A stretch of DNA of 64,000 bases from Mobula hypostoma (GCF_963921235.1 NC_086108.1:68264001-68328000), one strand, 5' to 3'; positions 39,427 through 51,664 are shown, counted from the stretch's first letter. Numbers and translations are program-made. Notes: a model not told the origin generated them from the sequence alone.

Positions 39427-41409
39427 GTCTGTCTGTATCTTGTTTTACAGCAGTTGGCATCCAGCTTAATGGTGCATTACCGCCACCCTCTGCTCCAGAA
39501 TGTGCACTAGACATACATTCTAAATCCCTTCACCCAATCTCACACACACACCTACACTTCACCCTCCCATCTTTGACCATCCTAGTATCCTATTCCTGTT
39601 TATTCGTCATATTCTATAAAAAACCCCTGTACCCCTTAAAAACACTAAAAATACCTGGACTTGTGCTCTCCCACCCATGCCCAGCAACCCTTTTAATGTG
39701 AATTCCTGCATCTCCAACTCGCTTAATTTATTTCTCATCATCTCTCTCTGTATCCCATACTTCCTGCAACACAAAACTACATGTTCTACTGACTCCTCTT
39801 CCTGACATTCCTCACACAATCCTGTCTGGTGTTTCCCTATCATTTTCAATGTTTTGTTTAATGCACAATGCCCCAGCCTTAACCTAGTCCACACAATTTC
39901 CTCTCTTCTGTTTCCATTACCTACCCTAGTAACTGCAACACTCTTTTGTATTTGATATAAATGCCTCCCTTTCCCCTCCCTGGCCCATCTTTCTTGCCAC
40001 ATTTGGTTGACTTTTTCCCAGATTACACACTTAACCTCTGCTTTACTGACACTAATGTGCATTTCCACATTTTCTTTCTTTAACGCCCTCTTTGCCAACT
40101 CATCCACCCTCTCATTCCCCTTCACCCCTACATGTGCTGGAACCCATAGAAATTTTACCTGACCTCCCTGATTTGCAATTCTTGTAACTAACTGAAGGAC
40201 TTCATAAAGTACATCTTGCTGACTGTTTGTGTGAAAAGACCTTAAACTTGCTAGAACTGAGGATGAATCTGAACATATCAATGCTTTGGCTTGTCTGGCT
40301 TTCTGCACCCATTGCAATGCAACCAACACTGCCAGCATCTCCACTGTAAACACCCCTAACTTATTAGATGTTCTTCTGCTGATTCCAATTTCTTTTGCTG
40401 GTATTACCACCCCAAACCCTGTCACTCCTGTTTCAGGTTCCTTCGCACCATCTGTATAAATGTGAGTATAATCACTATACTTTTCCATCACATGACAGTT
40501 AAATGCATTTACCAAATCTGTTTTATATCTTTGTTTCCTTTTTACCTCTAACAAATGCCAGTCTATGTCAGGCCATACAAGCTTCCATGGAGCTACAACT
40601 GGATAAACTACTGAAGGACTTATCCTCAGATCAAATACTCCACATTCTTTCGCGATATCATTTCCTACCCGACTAAAGGTATCCCTCTGAAACCTCCCAT
40701 TTTCCTAGCACTCCTGCAACACTCCTTTAGTAGGGTGAGAATCATTGTGCCCCTGCAAGTTAGCCCAGTAGTTTGCCATCAGTTGCATCCTTCTTTGTTC
40801 CAAAGGCATTATTCCCATTTCTACCTGTAGGGCTGACACTGATGACGTTTTAAAAGCCCCACTGCACACTCTCAAGGCCTGAGCCTGAATCACATCCAGT
40901 TTCCTTATAAGAGACCTAGCTGCTGATCCATATACTATATTTCCATAATCCAATACAGATCTTACTAAAGCCACATACATTCTCTTCAAAGCTGAACAAC
41001 TTGCTCCCCATTCCCTACCAGTCAAACATCTCATCACATTTATTACTTTTTTACATTTCTCCTCAACTTTCCTGATATGGTCTACCCATGTTAATCGTGA
41101 ATCAAATATAACTCCCAGAAATTTAAATGATGCAACCCTTTCTAAGTCAACCCCATACATCCTTAACTTCTTCCCTACCTCAACCCTTTTCCTGGTAAAA
41201 AATACAGTTTGAGTTTTGTCTACTGAAAATCTACATCCCCAATCATAACCCCACTCCACCACTTCATCAATTGCTTCTTGTAGTTTCCTAATTACATGGT
41301 CCATGTTCCTGCCTCTTTTCCACAAGGCCCCATCATCCACAAAGAGTGACCTACCTATATCCACTGGTACCTTTGTGAAGACATCATTGATCATAATAAT
41401 GAAAAGTAA
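39427..41409 (-). mobile_element. 5'-truncated I/Nimb-like LINE 'A' (RT C-half, RNase H, zinc motif), a different and younger family
   Basis: SLFVDDGALW, KFLGV, YTDGAK...SDS...WVPAHVGVKGNERVD, RLRLGH...CEEC...H....C. One in-frame stop (40705) in ~600 codons. 3' UTR GGTGGCGGTAATGCACC, (CAGA)n tail, perfect 14-bp TSD. Confidence 0.93.
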
Positions 41410-42274
41410 CAGCATTTGGGTCTTCCAGCTACAGGTGTATTTTTACTACAATCAATTGAAACACCTTGACTGCACATAGGTGATCTCCATTTAACTAATT
41501 ATGTGACTTCTAAAACCAGTGATGATTTGGTGTGTCATATGAAAGGGGGTAAATAATTAAGCAATCAATTATTTTGTGTTTTATATTTGTAATTAATTTA
41601 GATCACTTGGTAAAATTTTTTTCTCATTTTGACATGGAAGAGTCTTTTCTGTTGATCAGTGTCAAAAAAGCCAAATTAAATCCACTGTGATTCAATGTTG
41701 TGAATCAATAAAACAGGAAAACTTCCAAGGAGGAGGGGTTAAATACTAAGAGCATTGCATATTACTTCACTGCTATATGCATATTTCCTTGCATTTATAA
41801 TGTTTTCCAGTAGATGAGGAACTTGCATTAAATTAATTAATATTTTTCATGTTTCTTTACAGAATGTCAGCAAAGTCACATTTCTTGCACATAAATTATA
41901 TCTATAAATGTTTATCAGTAAATATATACAGTGCAGTGATGTACATATTTTTGAGTCTCCAGGTCGGACAGGCAATGAATTACTTACCTACATGAAACTT
42001 TATACACTCATTAACTACAATTCATTTCACATTCAGAAAGTAAAATGTTTTACTGTGGAGTAAGTAGGCAGCTACATAAATCTAAAAGAACTGAGCATGT
42101 TCCCACATTTATAAGAGTAAAAACAAAACTTCAGCTGTTGTAAATATAACACAAAAACTGAAAATGAAATAAAAATTTAACACTTCTGTGGAAGAGTAAC
42201 TGAGTTAATATTGCTGAGTAATTTTTTGCTAGAACCGGGAAATGTTTAAAAATGCATAGTTTTATCTTCCAGTT

Positions 42275-42975
42275 TATGATGGTGCTACCAAACGCGTGCG
42301 ACAGCTCGCTGACAGTTCAAAGGGCAAGAAATATCACTGATAACACCTTTTCTGAAGTAAATTGTAGTAAAGTATCACTGCAAACAATGAAGAGGTGAGC
42401 AAAGGCAAAACGAATTTGAGGGACGAACAATCCTGGTACTTTGCAGATTTGATACAGGAGTGAACCATTCGAGGAGAAGTCGAGGAAGAGAAGTTCCAAT
42501 GTCTGTACCGCTGGCCCAGGTGTGAGATTGAATTGCTCTGGGCACTGAGCTGATTTGGAAAAATTGAGAGCGGCTTCGGGCTGGCTGGTGAAATCTGGGC
42601 CTGGAGCAAAACACCGAGCAGCATGTTCTAGGCCTAGAGCCTTTCAATGCGGTAGTGCCTGGGCCCTAGTGTGAGATATGATATGTTGTTTGGACAATTT
42701 AAACATCAGCCCACGTATACTGGAAAGACAGGGTGCTGGGATTGGAGGCGAGAGCAAATTTTGCTCACTCTTCTGCAACATTCACTCAGAATGTTATTGC
42801 TTCCTTCTGTTGTTTGCATGATTTGATTTTTTTCCCCTTTCTCTGTGTATTGGGTGTTGGTCTTTTTTACTCAGTTCTTTTGAGATTCTTGTTCTGTGGC
42901 TGCCCGTAAGCAAATAAATCTCAAGGTTGTATAATTTATACATTCTTTGATCATAAATGTACTTTAAACTTTGAA
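42275..42975 (+). mobile_element. Non-coding retroposon with Rex1-like tail
   Basis: 3' end (aatctcaaggttgtata...aaatgtactttaaactttga) matches the Rex1-like 3' UTRs in this window. No ORF recognised. Confidence 0.55.
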
Positions 42976-43299
42976 GGAATGGAGACAAAAGCATAAGATG
43001 GAGTGGAACTCAAGAGTGAATGAATGGCACAGACTGATGTAGACTGAAAGTCAGCAAAGAACATCTATTAATTTAAAAAGCTATTCTACCTTGAGGTGTG
43101 AAAAGCAGACAAAAACTAATTAAAATTTGAAATAAAAGAGAATACTGCAAGAGCCCAACAGCAGCTTTTGTGAAGAGATGAAACTGAGTTACATCAGAAC
43201 TGGCAAGCAATGAAACAACAAAACTGGATGAATATTCTGAAACAAAACCAGAAAACACTAGTAACAGTAAGAAGGCCAAGAAGTAGAAGTGAAGACATT

Positions 43300-45849
43300 T
43301 TTGCAAGTGGCGTCTCTTTGCGTGCAGCTCCAATGGGAATAATTAAATATTCCTGTTTTGGACCACTACCGCAGCAATCCACAGTCACAAACTTGGTAAT
43401 TCAGTAAGCAACATCTTTTTAAGGCATTTGAAAAAATATATAAATCTTCACAATCAGCAGACCCTGGACAGTAGACATGGGTCACAAGTGCAGATTCTCT
43501 TTAAGAAAATGGAAGTGTGGAATGCAGGCTGGTCTGCAGATATGGTTGAAAGGCAGAGACAAACTCCTACTCTCGACTATCCTGCTGATACACCTAGTCA
43601 TGCAAAATAAAACTGAAGACCTCAGAGCAAGATTGCAGTACCAAAGGGACATCAGGGACAGCTGTATACTTTGCTTTATGGAAACATGGCTCAACCCGCA
43701 ATTTCAGATCCATCTCCTGAAAGGACAGGTCAGCTTTTCAGACTTCTAAAGGTAAGGAAACATTGTGGTGCTCAGATGTGGCAGTTCTGTCTCAATCCTG
43801 CTCACCCATTCTGGAACATTTCACAGTCAAATGTCATCTGCTGTAGGAGTTTTCTGCCGTCATCCTGGTAGCAGTGTACATTCCAACTCTGGCCAATGTC
43901 AGCAGGCACTGGAGGAGCTGAGCACTGTGATCAACAGTTATAAAACAGCTCACCCTGATGCCTTCCTTGTTATTGTGAGGGATTTCAACCAGGCCAGCTT
44001 GAAGAAGTCTCTGAATAACTACCACCAGCATATCGCCTGTGGAACCAGAGGATCCTACACATTTGACCACTGTCATACCACCATCAAGAATGATTACCAT
44101 ACCATTCCACATCCAGACTTTGGAAATTCCAATTAGCTAGCTGTACTTCTACTCCCAGCATACAGACAGAGACTAAAAGCCACAGCACCAGTGGTGAGGA
44201 CCAAGAAGGAATGGTCAAAGAAGGCAGAGGAGCATTTACAGGACTGCTTTGAGTTGGTGGAATGGACAATATTCACAAATTCATCTTTAAATCTGAATGA
44301 ATATGCCACAGTATTCACCAACTTCATCGAGACCTGTGTGGATGAGTGTGTGCCTTTGAGAACATACCAAACATATCCAAATCAAAAGTCATGGATGAAC
44401 CAGGAGATGCTTAGCCTTCTGAGGGCTAGATCTGTGGGCATTCAAGAATGGCGATCCAGAACTATACAAGTGGTCTGGGTATAACCAATGCAAGGCTACT
44501 TTAAGAGCAAAAAAACAATTCTGACTGAAGTCAGAGACAGAATAATATGCTCATCAGCTTTGGCAAGGTTTTCAGGCAATTACTTCCTACAAGGCAAATC
44601 CTAGCATCATGAATGGCTGTGATGCTTCACTCTCTAATTAGCTCATTGAATTTATACATACTTTGAAAGGGGTAATAGAAACTACACCCGTGAGAATCCT
44701 TCCAGCATCTGGCAACTCCATGATCTCTGTCTCAGAGGCCAACATCAGAACATCTTTCAAGAGGGTGAACCCTTGCAAGGCGTCAGGCCCTGATGGTATA
44801 CCTGGTAGGGCACTGAAAAGCTGTGTCAACAAACTGGTGGGAGTGTTCAAGGACATCTTTATCCTCTCATTGCTGCAGTCAGAGGTTCCCACCTGCTTCA
44901 AAAGGACAACAATCAATACCAATGCCCAAGAAAAGCAGGGTGAGCTGCGTCAACAGCTATCGCCCAGTTGCACTTGCATCTACTGTGATGAAGTGCTTTG
45001 AAAAGCTGGTCATGGCCAGAATCAACTCCTGCCTAAGCAAGGACCTGGAGGCACGATAATTTACCTATCACCACAATATGTCTACAGTGGATGCAATCTC
45101 ATTGGCTTTCTGCTCAGTGTTGCATCATATGGACAATACCAGTACCCACATCAGGCTGCTGTTTATTGATTACAGCTCAGTGTTCAACACAATCATACCC
45201 TGAGATCTCATCAAGAAGCTCAAAAACCTGGGGCTCTGTATCTCTCTCTGTAACTGGAACCTTGACTTCCTCATCAGGAAACCACAGTCATTATGGAGTG
45301 GAGGTAACATTTCCTCCTCATCAACAATCAACAGCAGAGCACCTCAAGGATGCGTGCTTAGCCCACTGCTTTACTCTCTCTACACTCGCAACTATGTAGC
45401 TAGGCACAGTTCAAAAGGCCATCAATAAATTTGCAGAATTTCAAATGGTGACAAGGTGTGAGACAGATCAGTTGGTTGAGTGGTGTCGCAACAACAACTT
45501 TACAACTTTGCATTCATCGTCAGAAGGGCTAAGGAATAAATTGTGGACTTCAGATAGGGAAAGTCGAGGGAATATGCACCAGTCCACATCGAGGGATCAA
45601 CTGTGGAAAGGCTGAGTAGTTTCAAGTTCCTGAATGTCAACATCTCTGAAGATCTGCGCTGGGCCCATCATATTGATGCAATTACAAAGAAGGCATGACA
45701 GCGGCTATATTTCACTAAGAGTTTGAGGATATATATATCTTGTTGTAATTCAGTTTCTTTTATTATTATGTATTGCAATGTACTGCTTCGGCAAAACAAC
45801 TAATTTCATGAAATATACCAGTGATATTAAACCAGATACAGATTCTGAC
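43300..45849 (+). mobile_element. Rex1/Babar-like LINE (APE + RT), decayed
   Basis: ILCFMETWL, VRDFNQASL, KASGPDGIPG, YRPVALASTVMKCFE, APQGCVL motifs and (GATTCT)n tail. Confidence 0.85.
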
Positions 45850-46159
45850 AAAAGCAGAGCCAATCTCCCAGATCAATGATAATCTCCTCAAAATGAAAGT
45901 AAACCCTGTGGTGTAAAGATACAAGCTAATTCATCAAACAACCCTAGCATCTCCTGCTCCAACACTGTCAAATTCTGAAAGGACTGGTTATCTGAAATTG
46001 CTGAACTTAATGCTGAGCTCTCAAATGGATGTTGTTCCTCAAGATTACATTGGGCTCACCTGGTCCTCACCTACCACCCCACCAGCCTCCGGGTCCAACA
46101 TATTATTCTCCGTAACTTCCGCCACCTCCAACGGGATCCCACCACTAAGCACATCTTTC

Positions 46160-46666
46160 CCTCCCCCCCCCGCATTCCGCAGGGATCGCTCCCTACGCAA
46201 CTCCCTTGTCCATTCGTCCCCCCCATCCCTCCCCACTGATCTCCCTCCTGGCACTTATCCGTGTAAGCGGAACAAGTGCTACACATGCCCTTACACTTCC
46301 TCCCTTACCACCATTCAGGGCACCAAACAGTCCTTCCAGGTGAGGCAACACTTCACCTGTGAGTCAACTGGGGTGATATACTGCGTCCGGTGCTCCCGAT
46401 GTGGCCTTTTATATATTGGCGAGACCCAACGCAAACTGGGAGACCGCTTTGCTGAACATCTACGCTCTGTCCGCCAGAGAAAGCAGGATCTCCCAGTGGC
46501 CACACGTTTTAATTCCACATCCCATTCCCATTCTGACATGTCTATCCACGGCCTCCTCTACCGTAAAGATGAAGCCACACTCAGGTTGGAGGAACAACAC
46601 CTTATATTCCGTCTGGGTAGCCTCCAACCTGATGGCATGAACATCGACTTCTCTAACTTCCGCTAG
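46160..46666 (+). CDS. PLE linker and GIY-YIG endonuclease domain (partial, open)
   Basis: AFRRDRSLRNSLV, CKRNKCYTC, VIYCVRCSRCGLLYIGET...RFAEH...LEEQHLI...GMN. The RT part is absent. Confidence 0.9.
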   Translation, partial: PPPPAFRRDRSLRNSLVHSSPPSLPTDLPPGTYPCKRNKCYTCPYTSSLTTIQGTKQSFQVRQHFTCESTGVIYCVRCSRCGLLYIGETQRKLGDRFAEHLRSVRQRKQDLPVATRFNSTSHSHSDMSIHGLLYRKDEATLRLEEQHLIFRLGSLQPDGMNIDFSNFR

Positions 46667-46959
46667 GCCCCACCTCCCCCTCGTACCCCATCTGTTACTT
46701 ATTTATATGCACACATTCTTTCTCTCACTCTCCTTTTTCTCCCTCTGTCCCTCTGAATATACCTCTTGCCCATCCTCTGGGTCCCCCCCCCCTTGTCTTT
46801 CTTCCTGGACCTCCTGTCCCATGATCCTTTCATATCCCCTTTTGCCTATCACCTGTCCAGCTCTTGGCTCTATCCCTCCCGCTCCTGTCTTCTCCTATCA
46901 TTTTGGATCTCCCCCTCCCCCTCCAACTTTCAAATCCCTTACTCACTCTTCCTTCAGTT

Positions 46960-46995
46960 AGTCCTGACGAAGGGTCTCGGCCTGAAACGTCGACT
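46960..46995 (+). ncRNA. Minimal type I hammerhead ribozyme motif, fully canonical
   Basis: AGTC-CTGACGA-AGGGTCTCGGCCT-GAAAC-GTC-GACT. Palindromic ACGT in place of stem III; predicted cleavage after C46991. Confidence 0.85.
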
Positions 46996-48429
46996 GCACC
47001 TCTTCCTACAGATGCTGCCTGGCCTGCTGCGTTCACCAGCAATTTTGATGTGTGTTGCTTGAATTTCCAGTATCTGCAGAATTCCTGTTGTTTACATTGG
47101 GCTTTGTTAAAATGGTATAGGAATTCGAAGAAAGATGGATAGAAGGGGTATGGCGCATGAAAGCACCAGGCAGCTGAAAGTTCAGTTAATCCTGTGGAAT
47201 GAACTGAACTGTTCTGGAAAGCAGTCCTCAGTTTGCATTTGGTTTCACCAATGAAAGGCGATTACATCATCAGCAACAGATACAATATACTAAATAAGAA
47301 AGAGTGTAAATGAATTGCTGCTCTGATTATGAAGAGGATCTATGATGGGAGTTGGTAAAAGAGCAAGTGTTGCACCTCCTGCAATTGAATGGGAAGTGTC
47401 CTGAGAAGGAGGGAAGATACAGTTGAAGATGGAAATGTGAACCAAGGAGGCATAGAGAGGAAGATCCCTCTAGAATGCTTGAAGGAGTGGAGTAGCTGCA
47501 TCTCAGAGTGGCATTTTACTGAAGGTGACAGAAAGATCTTTTTGAAGGTTGTGAAGACCGTTGGGGTATGAAATGAAAAACCCATCTTACCCTGGACGGG
47601 AGAAAAGTGAAGTGAAAGCAGAAGTACAGGAAGTGAAACACACATATACATAACACAATGAAATGAGTCACTGACTGAATACCCAAATAAGACTGAGAAT
47701 TACAAAGATAAAAATTTCTCTCTCTTTCTCTTTTTAAGTAGTCAGTTCATTTTGTAGACTCTCCTCCAGCCTAGGAACCAATATCACGTCAACTACAGTA
47801 TCTGTCAGGCTATTTCATTGTCATGATTTGAATTTGATGACTTCTTAATCTCTAAATTCCAAAGAATAAGCTACTTCATTTCTCTTTATGTTATAGTTTT
47901 CTGATCAGAAAAATACTCCACAAGGTAACATTCTTCAAACTGTATCCCATATCAGGACTTTCAAAAACCCCATTGAATTGCAGTTGGACTTTATTCACAT
48001 GCTCCAACACTCTTAAAATTTAAAGGAGCTTCATTAGCACTTGCTATATCTGCATGCTAAATTCAGTGATTTGCATACATGAACACCCAAATCCCTATTA
48101 TCATCATAATTTATATTTGCAGAATAAGGACTGGTGCAGCCTCAAAAGCTATTTGTTAATTTTCTGAAATGATTGTCTTCTAAGATAATTTAATCAAGTA
48201 ATAACAAAGTACTTTAGAGAAGGGAGAGGGGTCTGCAATCTTGAGAATAAATTAGAAATCCATTTGCTGAGAAATGGCAAAACCGCAAGATTTAAAGCTG
48301 CAACTTGTGATCAACCCACAGGCTTGGAATCATCCAATCAACGTGTATGGAAGTAAAATAGTCTCACAGTGCAACCTAGGTTGAAATTGCAAGTAGAGAT
48401 GCAAAATAATGCACTGCAATTAGTGAAAG

Positions 48430-48725
48430 GTAGTGAGCAGAGTAACTATCTTAACACTTTACAGCTCCAGTGAACCGAATTCAATTCCACTGTTATCTGT
48501 AAGGAGATTGCACATTTTTTCCATTAACTGTGGGTTTCCTTCAGGTGCTCCAGTTTCCTCCCATATTCTAAAGACATACAAGTTAGTAAGGGTTAACAAG
48601 TTGTGTGCATCTCAGAAGCATTTGCAGGTTGCCACCAGCTCATCCTCAGACTGTGTTGGTCATTGACGCAAACAAGTCATTTATTTGTATGCTTCAATGT
48701 ACATATGACAAATAAAGCTAATCTT
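48430..48725 (+). mobile_element. V-domain tRNA SINE (HE1-like), decayed
   Basis: GGGTTTCCTTCAGGTGCTCCAGTTTCCTCCCATATTCTAAAGAC matches the V-SINE central domain. Decayed B box AATTCAATTCC. Confidence 0.75.
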
Positions 48726-48830
48726 CAAAGAAAGTCAAGCGTATGAAAGAAAATTCAAATAATGCAAAAAAAAATTAAATTAAAATCTTGTGACCAAATG
48801 CATTCCAACTGAAAGTAGTCCAAAATGGCC

Positions 48831-49149
48831 AACACTCTGTGGCTACTTTAGTAGGTTCACCTGTGGAACTGCTCGTTAATGCAGATATCTAATCAGCCAA
48901 TTGTGTGGCAGCAACTCAATGCATAAAAGCATGCAGTTGTGATCAAGGGGTTCAATAATTGTTTAGACCAAACAACAGAATAGGGAAAGAAATGTGATCT
49001 AAATTACTTTGACCATGAAAAGATCGTTGGTGGAAGATGGGGTTGTTTGAGTATCTCAGAAGCTTTTGACCTCCTGGGATTTTTACACACAACAGTCTCT
49101 AGAGTTTACAGAGAATGGTGAGCAAAAAAAACATCCAAAGACTGGCAGT
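48831..49149 (+). mobile_element. 5' part of a second Tc1 family
   Basis: CACTCTGTGGCTACTTTAGTAGG terminus and decayed HTH (..IVGGRWGCLSISEAFDLLGFLHTTVSRVYREW). Confidence 0.75.
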
Positions 49150-51587
49150 AAAAGACTCTTCTGTGTCAAAGTGAAAAAAGATCTATACAAAATGAACTAA
49201 ATTAATTAATTATAAATATAAAATACAAAATAATGGATAAGTATTCACCCCCTTTAATATGACACATCAAACCATGACTCGTGCAGCCAATCGGTTTTAG
49301 AAGTCACATAATTAGTTAAATGGAGATCACCTGTGTGCAGTCAAGGTGTTTCAATTGATTGTAGTAAAACTACACCCGCATCTGGGAGGTCCAACTGCTA
49401 GTGAGTCAGTATTCTGGCAAAATCTACAACAGGAGACAAATGAATGCTCCAAGTAACACTCAAAAAAAATTATTGAAAAGCACAAGTCAGGAAATGGATA
49501 CAAGAAAATTTCCAAGTCACTAAATATCCCTTGGAGCACAGTTAAGTCAATTATCAAGAAATGGAAAGAATATGGCATAGCTGTAAATCTGCCTAGAGCA
49601 GGCCATCCTCGAAAACTGTGTGACTGTACAAGAAGGGGACTCGAGAGGGAGGCCACTAAGGCTATGTCTACACTAGACCAGATAATTTTGAAAACGCCAG
49701 TTTTGAGTAAAACGACAGGTGTCCACACTAGACGGTTTTCAAAATATCTCTGTCCACCTTAAAATGGCTATTTTGGCGAATCTACTCCTACTGGGCATGT
49801 GCAGACACATCTACAGAAAACAAGCGAAGAGGAAACGGTATACTACTTACATTTCCACGGCAGCGTTGTGCTATTTCCATTGGTCAAAAACTAGAGTACC
49901 AACAACAGCGAAAAAAAAGTTTTCAACAATGTCTTTGAGGAATACAAAGAAAACCTCCGCTGGAAAAAGCAGACCAGACTTCTTCATTTAGACAGGCAAT
50001 GAAGTTGAGCTGTTTCTGCGAGTTACAAACGACTACAAAGTCAGCAGAGCAGTGGAAAACGTGGAGATGTTTAACTCCAAACAAGCTATTAACATAGACA
50101 ATAAAGTAAACAACACACGCATGAAGCCGTCCTCTACCCAAGATCAACAAGAGAGTGGAATCTTCCGCCGCCAGACCTGCACAATATTTCTGACATTAAT
50201 ATTTTTAAAGATAGACTCAATCAAATCAATTTAGGGGATCTAGTCAAAAAAGCTGACTTTACAATTTAACTCTCACGCCGTTCACACTGACTGCACGTTA
50301 TAACAGCCATCCGGCAGTGCTTGCACAGTACCAAGCAGAAGCAGAAAAAGAATTGTTGTTGTGGTGTTGTCATGACAGCATTTTTAAATATCTCTGTTTA
50401 CCCCTTCCACACTACAATGCGCAACAATCGTTTTCGAATTTACACACTGGAGAGTGTTTTAGAAAAGCTCCATTTTTGGGGGATGAAAATGCCGTTTCAA
50501 TGTGGACGGAGGGTCAAAACGAAGAGAAAAAGCTTCATTTTCAAAATTATCCAGCATAGTGTGGACATAGCCTAAGAGACCTATGACAACTCTGGTAGAG
50601 TTACAAGCTTCAATGGCTGAGATGGGAGAGACTCCACATACAACAACTGTCGTTTGGGTGCTTTACTATTTGCATCTTTATAGAAAAGTGACAAAGAGAA
50701 AGCCACTGATGGGGAAAAAAAAACTCTCATGAAATCTCAACTAGAATTTGCTAGAAAGCATATGGGAAACTCTGAAGTCAGCTGGAAGAAGGTTCTATGG
50801 TCTGATGAAACCCAAATTCACCCTTTTGGCCATCATACTAAACACTGTTTGGCATAAACCAAACATTGCACATCATCAAAAACACACCATCCCTACCGTG
50901 AAGCATGGTGACAGCTGCATCATGCTGTGGGGATGCTTCACTGCAGAAGGCCCTAGAAGGCTTGTGAATGTAGAGGGTAAAATGAATGCAGCAAAATACA
51001 GAGAAATCTTGGATGACAATCTGATACAGTCTGCAAGAGAACTGCAAATTGGGAGAAGATTTGTTTTCCAGCAAGACAATGATCCCAAGTATAAAGCCAA
51101 AGCTATATAGGAGTGGCTTACAATCAACAAAGTTAATGTCCTGGAGTGACCATGTCAGAGTCCAGGCCTCAATCCAATTGAGAATTTGTGGCTTGACTTG
51201 AAAAGGAGTATTCACTCACAATCCCCATGCAATCTGTCAGAGCTTGAGCGGTTTTGTAAAGAAGAATGGGGAAAATTTGCAGTGTTCAGATGTGCAAAGC
51301 TGATTGAGATCTACCCACACAGGCTCAAGGCTGTATTTGCTGCCAAAGGTGTACTTCAAAGGGGTGACTAATGGTGCGACTAATAGTGCAATAAATTATT
51401 TTGTGTTTAATAATTGTAATGAACTTAGACCAATATGTAGAAATGTGTTTTCACTTTGACATGAAAGAATCTATTCTATTGTTCGGTATCAAAAAAGCCA
51501 AATTAAATCCACTGTGACTTCAATGTTGTAAAACAATAGCACATGAAAACTTCCGAGGGGGGAGGTGAATACTTTTTATAGGCACTC
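49150..51587 (+). mobile_element. Tc1 (DD34E) copy of the 33201 family, left end truncated, interrupted by a Harbinger MITE
   Basis: WSDET (50798), FQQDNDPK, NPIENLW motifs. Right end GTGAATACTTTTTATAGGCACTC|TA. Confidence 0.93.
49660..50572 (+). mobile_element. PIF/Harbinger non-autonomous element (913 bp) with TAA TSD
   Basis: TAA|GGCTATGTCTACACTA...GATAATTTTGAAAA and TTTTCAAAATTATC...TAGTGTGGACATAGCC|TAA. The corresponding empty site is seen in the Tc1 copy at ~34181-34210. Confidence 0.92.
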
Positions 51588-51664
51588 TAAGAATATAAGA
51601 AATAGAATTAGTGTAGGCCATATGGCCTCTTATTCCTGCTCCAGCATTCAATTGGATCATCTAC

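Larger units (their letters stand above)
33201..41747 (-). mobile_element. Full-span Tc1 (DD34E) transposon split by two LINE insertions (34432-41409)
   Basis: TA|CAGTGCCTATAAAAAGTATTCAC left end and a long inverted copy at ~41545-41747. Transposase remnant QQDNDPKH...SPDLKPIE has 34 residues between D and E. Confidence 0.93.
46057..47091 (+). mobile_element. Young 5'-truncated Penelope-like element with 12-bp TSD
   Basis: TTACATTGGGCT at 46045-46056 and 47092-47103. Contains GIY-YIG coding region, 3' UTR and hammerhead. Confidence 0.93.
45985..47640 (-). mobile_element. Old PLE remnant hosting the younger PLE
   Basis: Sequence on both sides of the 12-bp TSD joins into a decayed antisense copy of the same GIY-YIG region (LLYIGET-like at ~47240-47300). 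Confidence 0.65.

Noticed and set aside
39607..40554. Cellular RNase H1 gene
   Set aside because: It is in frame with the upstream LINE RT and followed by a LINE 3' UTR, tail and TSD.
34432..41409. Single chimeric 7-kb LINE insertion
   Set aside because: A third target copy at 39413-39426 and the different decay levels favour two separate insertions.
41988..42080. Minus-strand exon ending at a strong AG|GTAAGT donor
   Set aside because: Stops in all three frames from the nearest acceptor.
45998..46666. Stand-alone 222-aa GIY-YIG nuclease gene
   Set aside because: The ORF start lies outside the TSD in older repeat sequence. It is a truncated PLE read-through.
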